This document shows positions 19,447-28,989 of a stretch of DNA of 64,000 nt, piece by piece. Source of the DNA: Armatimonadota bacterium (GTDB lineage Bacteria > Armatimonadota > HRBIN16); NCBI GenBank assembly GCA_963677485.1, contig OY781964.1, positions 4,896,001 through 4,960,000 on the forward strand, read 5' to 3'. Below the pieces are notes generated by a model. That model saw only the letters and a program-made list of their open reading frames with translations, was not told the DNA's origin and did not search any database. Numbering within the stretch: position 1 is the stretch's first letter; each line of letters opens with the position of its first letter. A program made the position numbers and the translations under genes.

Positions 19447-20091
19447 TTACCATTTACGCGTTCGTGATGAGCGCACGGACAGAACCGCCAGACCGGATGA
19501 AAGGTCCTCGTTTTGAACTACGACACCTTCGGGCACCTCTAGTGTCACGGGAGAGAAGTTCCATATGGCACTGATTCCTGATGATATCAGCTTGTCTGCT
19601 ACAGACTGCGCGAATTCTGCAGGCACGGTCAAGACGCCCATGATGATATCCAACTGCTGGACGGTTTCGGGCATGTCGTCCATGGGCAGCACTTTTTGGT
19701 CATGCACGATGCTGCCCACCACTTTCGGGCTGGCATCAAACGCGGCCACAATCTGCAGCCCGTATTTCATGAAGCCGGGGTAGCCCAGCAGAGCACTTCC
19801 AAGGTGACCAACCCCTACCAACACAGCCTGTTTGTTGCTGTCCCAGCCGAGGTACCTTTCGATGGCGTCAATCAAGTCGGTGACCAGATACCCCACTTTG
19901 GTGCGTCCCTCACAGCCTGTCACGGCGATGTCCTTGCGCACCTGTATGGGCTCCAGCTTTAGCTTGTCAGCGATGTAACTGCTGGACACCGTCTCTTTAT
20001 CGGCAGTGTCAATCTGCCGCAAAACAGTGAGATAAGCGGGCAGCCGTCGGATTGTCGGTAGGCTTGCAACCTTCTGCTTGTCGTAGTCCAT
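19447..20091 (-). CDS. rex: Redox-sensing transcriptional repressor Rex
   Basis: TIRRLPAYL and QVRKD winged helix, VGVGHLGSAL Rossmann motif, IWNFSP; AAAGGAG RBS. Confidence 0.96.
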   Translation of the reverse strand: MDYDKQKVASLPTIRRLPAYLTVLRQIDTADKETVSSSYIADKLKLEPIQVRKDIAVTGCEGRTKVGYLVTDLIDAIERYLGWDSNKQAVLVGVGHLGSALLGYPGFMKYGLQIVAAFDASPKVVGSIVHDQKVLPMDDMPETVQQLDIIMGVLTVPAEFAQSVADKLISSGISAIWNFSPVTLEVPEGVVVQNEDLSSGLAVLSVRSSRTRKW

Positions 20092-20130
20092 CGTGCTCCT
20101 TTAGCGTTGTAGATTTGCTGTATAATTATA

Positions 20131-20148
20131 TTGATAATTATTTATCTA
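20131..20148. promoter_or_regulatory. Putative Rex operator in the divergent rex/hydE promoter region
   Basis: TTGATAA-ttat-TTATCTA is a 7-4-7 near-palindrome resembling TTGTGAA-N4-TTCACAA. Minus-strand TTGACA at 20178-20173 and plus-strand TATAAT at 20158-20163 lie nearby. Confidence 0.7.
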
Positions 20149-20232
20149 ATTATCCATTATAATATAGTTGGTTGTCAAATCAACAGCACTTCGCAATATC
20201 GGGAGAAACTCGAGAGGCACGGTCAGGAGACT

Positions 20233-21291
20233 ATGGATAAACAACAGATACTGAACTGGCTGAAAGAAACTGACGAACGAAGACTTCAGGAGCTTTGGTC
20301 GTGGGCTGATGAGGTTCGCCGTCAACACGTGGGAGATGCGATCTACCTGCGAGGTTTGATTGAGTTCTCCAACCACTGTGCCCGGCTGTGCGGATATTGC
20401 GGTCTGCGGGCAGACAACCAGCATGTCACCCGATACAGAATGAGTGCGGATGAAATACTACAGTGTTCCCACCATGCGCAGGAGCTGGGCTACGGAACTG
20501 TGGTGCTTCAATCGGGTGAGGACTACGGCATGAAGGCCGATTGGTTGGCCGATGTGGTGCGGCGTATTAAAGCCGAAACAAGGCTAGCTATTACTCTGAG
20601 TGTCGGTGAGCGCAGCGAGCAGGAGCTGCAACTGTGGCGAGAAGCGGGTGCTGACCGCTATCTACTGCGTTTTGAGACCTCGAACCCCCTGCTGTTCGAC
20701 CGCATCCACCCCTCGCTGCCAGGAAAACTCTCCGATCGGATCGCGCTGCTCAAGCTGATTCGGTCGCTCGGGTATGAAGTCGGAAGCGGCGTGATGGTGG
20801 GCATCCCCGAGCAGAGTTTCGATGACCTGGCCCAGGATATTCTGACATTTAACGAACTTGACCTGGACATGATAGGCATCGGACCATACTTGCCCCATCC
20901 CGAAACACCCATTGGGCAACATCCCGGGCAGTATTCACTTGATGCTGCCAATCAGGTTCCAGCTGATGTTCTGATGACATGCAAGGCGATCGCACTGACG
21001 CGCATCATGCGCCCAAAATGCAACATCCCCAGCACCACCGCTCTAGCCACTTTGGATAAGGCCCGCGGGCGTGAGCTGGGTTTGATGCGGGGGGCGAATA
21101 TCATGATGCCTAATGTCACCCTTTCCGAGTTCCGAGAAAACTACCAGATTTACCCCGATAAGGCCTGCCTTCACGAAACCGCTGGCCACTGTGCAGGCTG
21201 TATGACGAACCGCATCGCTGCGATCGGCCGAAGCATCGGCACCGGACGAGGTGATTCGCCCAACTACAAGAAAGCAGATGATATCACATGA
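20233..21291 (+). CDS. hydE: [FeFe]-hydrogenase maturase HydE (radical SAM)
   Basis: RGLIEFSNHCARLCGYC, LQSGED, GADRYLLRFET, PSTTAL and YQIYPDK motifs. ATG 20233 follows an AGGAG RBS. Confidence 0.95.
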   Translation: MDKQQILNWLKETDERRLQELWSWADEVRRQHVGDAIYLRGLIEFSNHCARLCGYCGLRADNQHVTRYRMSADEILQCSHHAQELGYGTVVLQSGEDYGMKADWLADVVRRIKAETRLAITLSVGERSEQELQLWREAGADRYLLRFETSNPLLFDRIHPSLPGKLSDRIALLKLIRSLGYEVGSGVMVGIPEQSFDDLAQDILTFNELDLDMIGIGPYLPHPETPIGQHPGQYSLDAANQVPADVLMTCKAIALTRIMRPKCNIPSTTALATLDKARGRELGLMRGANIMMPNVTLSEFRENYQIYPDKACLHETAGHCAGCMTNRIAAIGRSIGTGRGDSPNYKKADDIT

Positions 21292-22700
21292 TAGACCAAA
21301 ACATATACGATACGGACTTCATCGATGATCAACTCATCGAAGGCCTTCTCGCCCAACCATCCGAACCCGCTCAGGTTCGAGACGTGATTGCGAAGAGCAT
21401 GGCCAAACAGCCGTTGAGCATAGCCGAAACCGCCATTCTGGTCAACGCCACCCAACCGGAATTGATCGAAGAGATATTGGACGCCGCCCGAACCCTCAAG
21501 CGGGAGGTATACGGCAACCGCATCGTGCTGTTCGCACCGCTCTATATCGGCAACCTCTGCATCAACGACTGCGCATATTGCGGCTTCCGCCGATCCAACA
21601 AAGAGGCCATCCGAAGAACGCTTAGCATGGACGAGATACGTGATCAAGTCAAGGCTCTGGAGCAGACCGGCCACAAACGGCTGATCCTGGTTTACGGCGA
21701 ACACGCACGCTACGATGCGAAATTCATAGCAGAGACTGTGCGTGTGACCTATGACACCAAAATCCCCAAAGGTGAGATCCGACGGGTGAACATCAATGCC
21801 GCTCCGCTCAGCGTGGAAGACTACAAGATCGTGAAGCAGGCCGGCATCGGCACTTACCAGGTGTTCCAGGAAACTTACCACAAGCCGACCTACCAGACCG
21901 TGCATCCCGCGGGAACACGCAAGGCAGACTACCTCTGGCGGCTTCATGCGCTGGGACGCGCCATGGAGGCCGGCATCGACGATGTAGGCCTTGGCGGACT
22001 GTTTGGCCTATACGACTGGCGGTTTGAGCTGCTGAGCCTGGTCACACATGCGCTGCACCTACAGGCGGTGTATGGTGTGGGACCGCACACCATCAGTTTC
22101 CCGCGGTTGAAACCGGCCAGCGGGGTGAATCTGGACGAGCAGTGGCTGACCAGCGATGCCGAGTTCAAGCGTCTGGTGGCCATTCTGCGCCTGGCCGTGC
22201 CCTACACCGGGCTAATCATGACTTGTCGAGAATCGGCGGAGATGCGAAAAGAACTGATGGAGTTCGGCGTCTCGCAGATCGATGCGGGCACCAGGCTTGA
22301 GCTTGGCGGCTACACCGAGCAGCAGGATATCGACAGCCAGGAGAAGCACAAAGAGCAGTTCATGCTGGGTGATATGCGTCCCCTTGACGAAGTCGTGCAA
22401 CAGCTCCTGCGCGATGGACACATCCCCAGCTTCTGCACCGCCTGTTACCGCAAAGGTCGCACAGGCGAGGTGTTCATGGAGTATGCTATTCCTGGGTTCA
22501 TCGAAAAGATGTGTACCCCCAATGCGCTGAGCACGCTTCAGGAGTATCTGTGTGACTTCGCCAGCCCTGAGACGCGCCGCGTCGGTGAGCAGATCATCGA
22601 GCAGCAGCTCGCGCTGATGAGTAACGAGTCGGTGAAGCAGACACTGCAGGGTTACCTACAGCGGATCCGCAGCAGCGACGACCGCGACCTGGCGTTCTAG
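21288..22700 (+). CDS. hydG: [FeFe]-hydrogenase maturase HydG (radical SAM)
   Basis: FAPLYIGNLCINDCAYC, FQETYH, GPHTISFPR and C-terminal SFCTACYR...CTPNA. Confidence 0.96.
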   Translation: MIDQNIYDTDFIDDQLIEGLLAQPSEPAQVRDVIAKSMAKQPLSIAETAILVNATQPELIEEILDAARTLKREVYGNRIVLFAPLYIGNLCINDCAYCGFRRSNKEAIRRTLSMDEIRDQVKALEQTGHKRLILVYGEHARYDAKFIAETVRVTYDTKIPKGEIRRVNINAAPLSVEDYKIVKQAGIGTYQVFQETYHKPTYQTVHPAGTRKADYLWRLHALGRAMEAGIDDVGLGGLFGLYDWRFELLSLVTHALHLQAVYGVGPHTISFPRLKPASGVNLDEQWLTSDAEFKRLVAILRLAVPYTGLIMTCRESAEMRKELMEFGVSQIDAGTRLELGGYTEQQDIDSQEKHKEQFMLGDMRPLDEVVQQLLRDGHIPSFCTACYRKGRTGEVFMEYAIPGFIEKMCTPNALSTLQEYLCDFASPETRRVGEQIIEQQLALMSNESVKQTLQGYLQRIRSSDDRDLAF

Positions 22701-22764
22701 GAAGCGATCAGGGGCTGGATTGAGTTGCGTGCCATGGAAGCACCTTAGGTGAGGAGGACGGTTT

Positions 22765-24183
22765 ATGGATGCTGTGCGTATAGAGAATGATGGTCTGGGT
22801 GAGATGCCCTTACCTGCAGAGGCCCTGTATGGTATCCATACCCTCCGAGCGGTTCGGAACTTTCCGCTGAGCGGCCAGAAGGTCCATCCTGCTCTTGTCA
22901 CCGCCTATGGTGCAGTAAAGCTTGCTTGTATACGGGCGGCCCACGCCGTAACACCCTGGCCAACCGACGTGTTCGACGCCATGGAGACAGCGTGTCAGGA
23001 GATGCGCAACGGGTTGCTGACACAGCACATTCTGGTCGACGCCCTGCAAGGTGGAGCCGGAACCTCAACCAATATGAACGTGAATGAGGTGCTGGCGAAT
23101 CGTGCTTTGCAACTGTTGGGTCACCAACTTGGCAGCTATCTCGCAGTGCATCCGATAGAGGATATCAACCGCTACCAGTCCACAAACGACACCTACCCCA
23201 CCGCACTGCGCGTGGCGGCTATCGGCCTGATCCGTCAACTAGAAGCCGATGTGGTGGTGCTTCAGGAGGCGTTCCAGGCCAAAGAGCATGAATTCGCTGA
23301 TGTGGTGAAGGTGGCTCGCACACAGCTGCAGGATGCCGTGCTGACGACCCTCGGCAGAGAGATGGGCTGTTACGCCGAGGCGTTCGCCCGTGACCGCTGG
23401 CGTATCTACAAGTGCGAGGAGCGGCTGCGGGTAGTGAACCTTGGCGGAACCGCCATTGGAACCGGCATCGGTGCGCCACGGCAATACATTTTTCAAGCCA
23501 CAGAACGTCTGCGCGAAATTACCGGATTTGGGTTGGCGCGGGCTGAAAACATGCTGGCTGCGACGATGAGCACCGATCTGCTGATAGAGGTCAGTGGTAT
23601 GTTGAAAGCTCTGGCTTCCAACCTGCTGAAGACCGCCAATGACCTGAGGTTGTTGGCATCTGGCCCTGAGGCTGGACTGGCTGAGATCATGCTGCCCGCC
23701 CGTCAAGCGGGATCATCGATCATGCCTGGTAAGGTCAACCCGGTCATACCAGAAGCGGTAGCGCAGGCGGCTATCACCGTGATGGGCTACGACCAGATGC
23801 TAACCCAGGCCTGTTCGGCTGGCAACCTGGAGCTCAACCAGTTCATGCCGCTCATCGCCCACTGCCTTCTGAACAGCATCGAGCTGTTATCGAATGCCTG
23901 CCGTATCTTCGCCGAGAACTGCGTGGTGGTCATTCAAGCCAACAGAGAGCGGTGTGCAGCGACTGTAGAGAGCAGCACCGCGCTAGTGACCGCTCTGGCT
24001 GAAGAGATCGGATATGAGCGAGCCGCCGACATCGCACTGCAGGCTGTCAACACAAGGCGTTCCATTCGCGAGATCGTCACGAGCAGCGGCTTGATGAACG
24101 CTGAGCAGTTTGAACAGATGATCAGTCCTGCGAGGGTCACCCGGTTGGGATATCCGCAACGAAAGAGAGAGATACATGAATAG
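22765..24183 (+). CDS. aspA: Aspartate ammonia-lyase family protein
   Basis: QGGAGTSTNMNVNEV, QSTND and the fumarase/aspartase signature GSSIMPGKVNP. Confidence 0.92.
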   Translation: MDAVRIENDGLGEMPLPAEALYGIHTLRAVRNFPLSGQKVHPALVTAYGAVKLACIRAAHAVTPWPTDVFDAMETACQEMRNGLLTQHILVDALQGGAGTSTNMNVNEVLANRALQLLGHQLGSYLAVHPIEDINRYQSTNDTYPTALRVAAIGLIRQLEADVVVLQEAFQAKEHEFADVVKVARTQLQDAVLTTLGREMGCYAEAFARDRWRIYKCEERLRVVNLGGTAIGTGIGAPRQYIFQATERLREITGFGLARAENMLAATMSTDLLIEVSGMLKALASNLLKTANDLRLLASGPEAGLAEIMLPARQAGSSIMPGKVNPVIPEAVAQAAITVMGYDQMLTQACSAGNLELNQFMPLIAHCLLNSIELLSNACRIFAENCVVVIQANRERCAATVESSTALVTALAEEIGYERAADIALQAVNTRRSIREIVTSSGLMNAEQFEQMISPARVTRLGYPQRKREIHE

Positions 24184-25402
24184 CACCCCAAAAGCTAACC
24201 GGCTGCATATCGGCATATTCGGACGACGCAACGCCGGTAAGTCCTCACTATTGAACGCGCTGACAAGGCAGAAGGTTTCCATCGTCTCAGATATCGCCGG
24301 CACGACTACTGATCCAGTGGAGAAACCGATGGAGCTGCAGCCGCTGGGGCCGGTGCTGTTTATCGACACCGCGGGCATTGATGACGAGGGTGCGTTAGGG
24401 GAATTACGGGCAGAGAAGAGCCGGCGTGTGCTGGACCGCGCCGATGTGGCGTTGATTGTGGTGGCCGATGGTGTGTGGGGCAGTTTCGAACAAACGCTGG
24501 CTGACGAACTGCTCAAGCGGGCTGTTCCGCAGATCGCGGTGTTTAACAAGTCGGATATCACCACGGTCTCACCCGATGTCCAACAGATGGTCACCGCGCA
24601 GTTCATCCCTGTGGTCAGCGTATCGTCTTTGACCGGTGAGGGTCTGGCTGCTCTTCGCAGCTCACTAATCAACGTCGTGCCCGAAGGCTTTCTCGATACT
24701 CCGACCATCGCCGGTGACCTGGTTTCCCCTGGGCGGGCAGTCGTGCTGGTGACGCCCATTGATAAAGAGGCCCCGAAAGGTCGGCTTATACTGCCCCAAG
24801 TTCAGACCATACGCGACCTTCTGGACAACGACAACTGGTGTGTTGTGGTGAAAGAACGTGAGCTGCGCACCGCACTCGGTCAGTTACGCGAACCACCGGC
24901 ACTGGTGATTACCGATTCGCAGGCTTTTCTAAAAGTCGCCGCCGATACGCCGCCCGATGTGCCCATGACCTCCTTCTCCATTCTGTTCGCACGTCTGAAG
25001 GGCGATCTCACGCAGCTTGTGGCGGGTGCTGCCGCGATTGACCGTTTGAAGGCAGGTGACAAGGTTCTGATCGCCGAAGCTTGCAGCCACCACCCCATTG
25101 CTGACGACATAGGGAGGGTGAAGATACCCCGCTGGCTGCAGCAGTATGTGGGCGGCGAGCTGCAGTTTGTGCATTACCAGGGGCATGACTTCCCCGAAGA
25201 GCTGAGTGACTACACTTTGGTGATCCACTGCGGGGGTTGTATGCACAACCGCCGGTCGATGCTCACACGCATCATGCGCTGCCAGCAGGCGGGTGTCCCG
25301 ATGACTAACTACGGCTTGGCGATTGCCTATTGCCTGGGGATATTCGAGCGGGCACTGCAGCCCTTCCCCGCCGCGCTGGAGGCCTTCCATGCGGTGCGAT
25401 AA
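24176..25402 (+). CDS. hydF: [FeFe]-hydrogenase maturase GTPase HydF
   Basis: GRRNAGKSS, GTTTD, DTAG and NKSD GTPase motifs; EACSHH...HCGGCM Fe-S ligands. Confidence 0.96.
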   Translation: MNSTPKANRLHIGIFGRRNAGKSSLLNALTRQKVSIVSDIAGTTTDPVEKPMELQPLGPVLFIDTAGIDDEGALGELRAEKSRRVLDRADVALIVVADGVWGSFEQTLADELLKRAVPQIAVFNKSDITTVSPDVQQMVTAQFIPVVSVSSLTGEGLAALRSSLINVVPEGFLDTPTIAGDLVSPGRAVVLVTPIDKEAPKGRLILPQVQTIRDLLDNDNWCVVVKERELRTALGQLREPPALVITDSQAFLKVAADTPPDVPMTSFSILFARLKGDLTQLVAGAAAIDRLKAGDKVLIAEACSHHPIADDIGRVKIPRWLQQYVGGELQFVHYQGHDFPEELSDYTLVIHCGGCMHNRRSMLTRIMRCQQAGVPMTNYGLAIAYCLGIFERALQPFPAALEAFHAVR

Positions 25403-25605
25403 GGGTGAACTCTAAGTGGAAATGGAGAACCCTGTCTCTTGTGGTGATCGGTTAGGCCAGCTTCTGTCGTTTCGTGACTACTCCACATTAGGCTTCTTTC
25501 TATGTCAAAATGGGCTCATTGGAAACAGCTCAACGGGCCTGTTTGGACTTTTCTCTATTCGTCCATAGGAAACAGAGAATAACGTGCACAAAAGAGACAA
25601 AATAG

Positions 25606-25695
25606 CTGAAAACGAGCCACACATGCCAAATGGCTAGTCCAAAATTATAGAGGCCATAAATGGGCCGATAATGGGGCTTGTGAGCTCGTTTTTAG
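25606..25695. repeat. Imperfect inverted repeat (about 21-bp arms) in non-coding DNA
   Basis: CTGAAAACGAGCCACACATGCC (25606-25627) versus the reverse complement of 25675-25695, CTAAAAACGAGCTCACAAGCC. Confidence 0.5.
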
Positions 25696-25704
25696 TGCGT
25701 AAAT

Positions 25705-25743
25705 GAGGAAAAGCCAAGATCATACATTATCTAGGCTTTTCTC
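25705..25743. terminator. Probable bidirectional rho-independent terminator
   Basis: GAGGAAAAGCCaAGAT-catacatt-ATCTaGGCTTTTCTC, with T-runs on both strands, between convergent hydF and the polysaccharide operon. Confidence 0.65.
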
Positions 25744-25768
25744 GAAGAAAGTAACGGTTATTAGTTGT

Positions 25769-25785
25769 TGGTGGAGGAGAAAGGA
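25769..25785 (-). other. tRNA/tmRNA 3'-end-like fragment (possible att-site scar)
   Basis: Minus strand reads TCCTTTCTCCTCCACCA, fitting tRNA positions 60-76. There is no upstream GTTC T-loop or 5' half, and a terminator follows. Confidence 0.35.
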
Positions 25786-25906
25786 CGGTAACAAATAATC
25801 AGAGAGAGCATTTCTGGGGTGTTTTGGCTCTGTTGATGTCTATCTGAATTGCCAGGCGATGGGTAAGATACGTCCAAACTACCTTGAGAACAGTATACAA
25901 GGCCCC

Positions 25907-26863
25907 TTATTTGTCTTTGTGTAGACACTTATCAATAACTACATTAACCATCTGAGACACTTTGTGCAAAGTTAAAGCTCCAAAAAGTATCGCTGAGGTG
26001 GTCACAATGAAATTCAAGGGAAATACAGACAACTTGGATAGCAGTGGAATGATGGGTATTTGAACTAGGTATATTTCGAGTGTTATTGCGGCTACACCCG
26101 ATATTAACTTCATCGAAGCGCTAGATATACTACTGATCTTGGTTTCGAGGCTTGAAGCACACTTAAATACCGCATACAACAGACCTAATAACACAATCTG
26201 GTTAAATAACTGATACTGAGCTATGCTGTGGATTTTGACAAAACACGTTTTTGAAATTCCATATGCTAATACTAATAAGACGAGAGCAATCCAGTCGATG
26301 CGTGTCCTATGGTTTATATAACGCGAATGATTGATTCTGAATAGTATACCAATCAACATAGACTGAAAATACAGAAATCGTATCATTGGCTCCCTGACTG
26401 TATCAATGTGATAATAGCTATAGTCGTATGCAAATAGATACCATAGAAGTTGAATTATTAACATTACAATCATAAGTGTACTGATACGCTTTTTCAGATA
26501 ATCAACCTTGAGGACTACATACAATGGTATATATAGAAGCATAATAGATGGTACAAAATGGTAGTTTGTGGGATGAATAAAATACCAAAATAAGTTTTGT
26601 TTGTCGAGTGTATATAGACCTGTTAATACATACACTAATGTGATAATCCATACTACTGGATATACTCTTAGGAACCGCCGCAAATACCATTCGTAGAAAC
26701 CGACTTTGGGGTTAGCTAAACAAAATCCTGATACAGCAAAAAACAGAACATCACCTAATAAACCACCATTAGCAATGATGTCACTTGGGTAAATGCCTAT
26801 ATAGTGTGAGTTAGTAATTAATATCGCGGCAATTGCTCGCAGTAAAGTGACATAGTTAACCAT
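25907..26863 (-). CDS. Acyltransferase-3 family membrane O-acyltransferase
   Basis: LRAIAAILITNSH, FFAVSGF, RRFLRVYP and TLEIYLVQ motifs; about 10 TM segments. Confidence 0.85.
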   Translation of the reverse strand: MVNYVTLLRAIAAILITNSHYIGIYPSDIIANGGLLGDVLFFAVSGFCLANPKVGFYEWYLRRFLRVYPVVWIITLVYVLTGLYTLDKQNLFWYFIHPTNYHFVPSIMLLYIPLYVVLKVDYLKKRISTLMIVMLIIQLLWYLFAYDYSYYHIDTVREPMIRFLYFQSMLIGILFRINHSRYINHRTRIDWIALVLLVLAYGISKTCFVKIHSIAQYQLFNQIVLLGLLYAVFKCASSLETKISSISSASMKLISGVAAITLEIYLVQIPIIPLLSKLSVFPLNFIVTTSAILFGALTLHKVSQMVNVVIDKCLHKDK

Positions 26864-26900
26864 TATGCTATTCCTGCCATAATCAGTTTCACGATGAAAT

Positions 26901-27995
26901 CTACTCTCCCAATCCTAGATATTTGATCATATCCTGATTCACCTTGTCGACATCAAATTTCGAGCGACAATACACCGAACTATTCCCGCCCATTATAGAA
27001 ATACGATCCGGATTATCAATAAACCACTGCATTTTATGGGCTAACGCAGCTGCGTCTCGGACAGGTACTATAAATCCATTATATCCATCCTTCACAGTTT
27101 CCCTACACCCAGGTGCGTCAGTCGTAATGATAGGCCTTCCCATTGCCATAGCCTCTAGCACCGTTCTAGGTGTTCCTTCGCTATATGATGGTAAGACAAA
27201 TACAGAACACTGAGCATAATATGATCGAACATCATCTGTTTCGCTATAATATTCGACAGTACCATCATCAACATACTTTCGTAGTATCGATATAGGTAAT
27301 GAATCCTGAATACCTTCGGTGGCACCCAATAGCATAAATCGAGTATCAGAATTATGCGACTTCACCATTCTTGCTGCCTCTAAATACTCATACACCCCCT
27401 TGCTATACATTATTCGCGACAACATGAAAAACGCAACTTGGTCTGGAAGTGCTGATGGGACAAAAACACCTGTGTTTACTCCTGATCCGTTGACTACTCT
27501 AGCCTTATCATGATTCACGAGCCCGTTCTTGATAAACATCAACATATCATCTGGATTTTGAAATATTACAGTATCCGCACATAATAATCCTATATGATAT
27601 AGTAATTTGGCAATAGTCCCTGTTGCGGATTTTGATGAAAAGACGTAACCTGCACCTGTTACCATAGAAATAATACTTTTCACTCTAAATAAACGTGCGG
27701 CGATGGCACCGTAGATCACTGGTTTTATGGTGTAACCTAATGTAATATGCGGTTTTGTCCTTCTGATAACTTTGCATAAACCTGACAAATACCTTATATC
27801 ACCTAGTATGCTTGTTCCGTTTTTATCTGCCGGTACACATACAAATTCGACCCCGAGCTTGTTGATTTCGTCGATATGATCATGGTTAGGGCCAGTTACA
27901 ACAACATCGTGACCCTTTGACAGTAATGCCCGTATCAGGTCGCCCCTGAAATTAAACACCGTTCTATTTTTCGGCGATATCAGTAATAGTTTCAT
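26901..27995 (-). CDS. Glycosyltransferase family 4
   Basis: NFRGDLI, YTIKPVIYG, FQNPDD and FVLPSYSEGTPRTVLEAMAMGRP (EX7E). Confidence 0.92.
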   Translation of the reverse strand: MKLLLISPKNRTVFNFRGDLIRALLSKGHDVVVTGPNHDHIDEINKLGVEFVCVPADKNGTSILGDIRYLSGLCKVIRRTKPHITLGYTIKPVIYGAIAARLFRVKSIISMVTGAGYVFSSKSATGTIAKLLYHIGLLCADTVIFQNPDDMLMFIKNGLVNHDKARVVNGSGVNTGVFVPSALPDQVAFFMLSRIMYSKGVYEYLEAARMVKSHNSDTRFMLLGATEGIQDSLPISILRKYVDDGTVEYYSETDDVRSYYAQCSVFVLPSYSEGTPRTVLEAMAMGRPIITTDAPGCRETVKDGYNGFIVPVRDAAALAHKMQWFIDNPDRISIMGGNSSVYCRSKFDVDKVNQDMIKYLGLGE

Positions 27996-27999
27996 GTCA

Positions 28000-28941
28000 T
28001 TAACTTTGAGACGCTACATAGTTTTGTAAGTTTGTATACACTAAATCAAAAAGACGCTCGCTATTACTATTAGATACAAATGAATTATGCGGAGTAATCA
28101 ATACATTATTGATGTTCCACAGAGGACTGTTTTCCACTAATGGCTCTTCACTAAACACATCAAGTGCTACACCCATGAAACGACCCTCATGAAGATGCTT
28201 AACCAAGTCAGATTCATTAATGATGGCACCGCGAGATATATTTACAATCACAGAATTCTTTTTCATTAGTGACATTAAATAGTAGTCAACTAACCCTCTT
28301 GTCTCAGTTGTTAATGGGAGTGATATTACTATAATATCTGCTACGGTAATGGCTCTAGGCAATTCTGACAATGGATAACATGCCGTAATGTAATCATCTT
28401 CTATCACTCGCACGTCGACTGCATTGACTTCACAATCAAATGCTACAAGGCGTTTCGCGATGTGTTGACCAACACTACCATACCCTATGATCAACACTGT
28501 CTTATACGACAATTCGCAAATATCACGTTTCTTAACCCATTTATTATCACATTGGTTTTGCATGAAAAATCTAGATTTTTTATATATCTCTAGAATTTTC
28601 AGTATAGCCCATTCGGCCATAGGAACTGAATATACACCTCTGGCATTAGTGATCGCAATTCCTCGCGATTTTATATCATCCATCGGAACACGGTCATAAC
28701 CAACGCTAGTCAGCTGGATGAATTTCAGGTTAGTAAATAGCTCAATCGGATTCTTGACAAACAGATTATTACAAACTACAACCTGTACATCCGATAAATC
28801 AATGCTTGCTGATTTCATCTCATCTTGAATATAGAGGGTGGTAAATCCTAATGCTTCAATCAGATTCAACTGGTATCTATTAATATTAAAAGCACCTGTA
28901 TATAGTAGTCTTGGCTTGTGTAACCTGCATACTTCAAACAT
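28000..28941 (-). CDS. D-isomer-specific 2-hydroxyacid dehydrogenase
   Basis: IIGYGSVG, LPLTTET, VNISRG, LDVFSEEPL and ITPHNS motifs. Confidence 0.92.
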   Translation of the reverse strand: MFEVCRLHKPRLLYTGAFNINRYQLNLIEALGFTTLYIQDEMKSASIDLSDVQVVVCNNLFVKNPIELFTNLKFIQLTSVGYDRVPMDDIKSRGIAITNARGVYSVPMAEWAILKILEIYKKSRFFMQNQCDNKWVKKRDICELSYKTVLIIGYGSVGQHIAKRLVAFDCEVNAVDVRVIEDDYITACYPLSELPRAITVADIIVISLPLTTETRGLVDYYLMSLMKKNSVIVNISRGAIINESDLVKHLHEGRFMGVALDVFSEEPLVENSPLWNINNVLITPHNSFVSNSNSERLFDLVYTNLQNYVASQS

Positions 28942-28989
28942 AATATCCCTTTACCTTAATAGTAGCTGATACCTTTGCGCGAGCAAAAA

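Noticed and set aside
20131-20232. N-terminal extension of HydE from TTG 20131
   Set aside because: Runs through the AT-rich promoter and operator; ATG 20233 has a good RBS.
21264-24759. Long minus-strand ORFs (227 aa, 258 aa and others)
   Set aside because: Antisense to hydG, aspA and hydF; no motifs or RBS.
25740-25860. Intact tRNA gene
   Set aside because: Only a CCA-ending 17-mer; no T-loop GTTC, D-arm or matching 5' acceptor strand.
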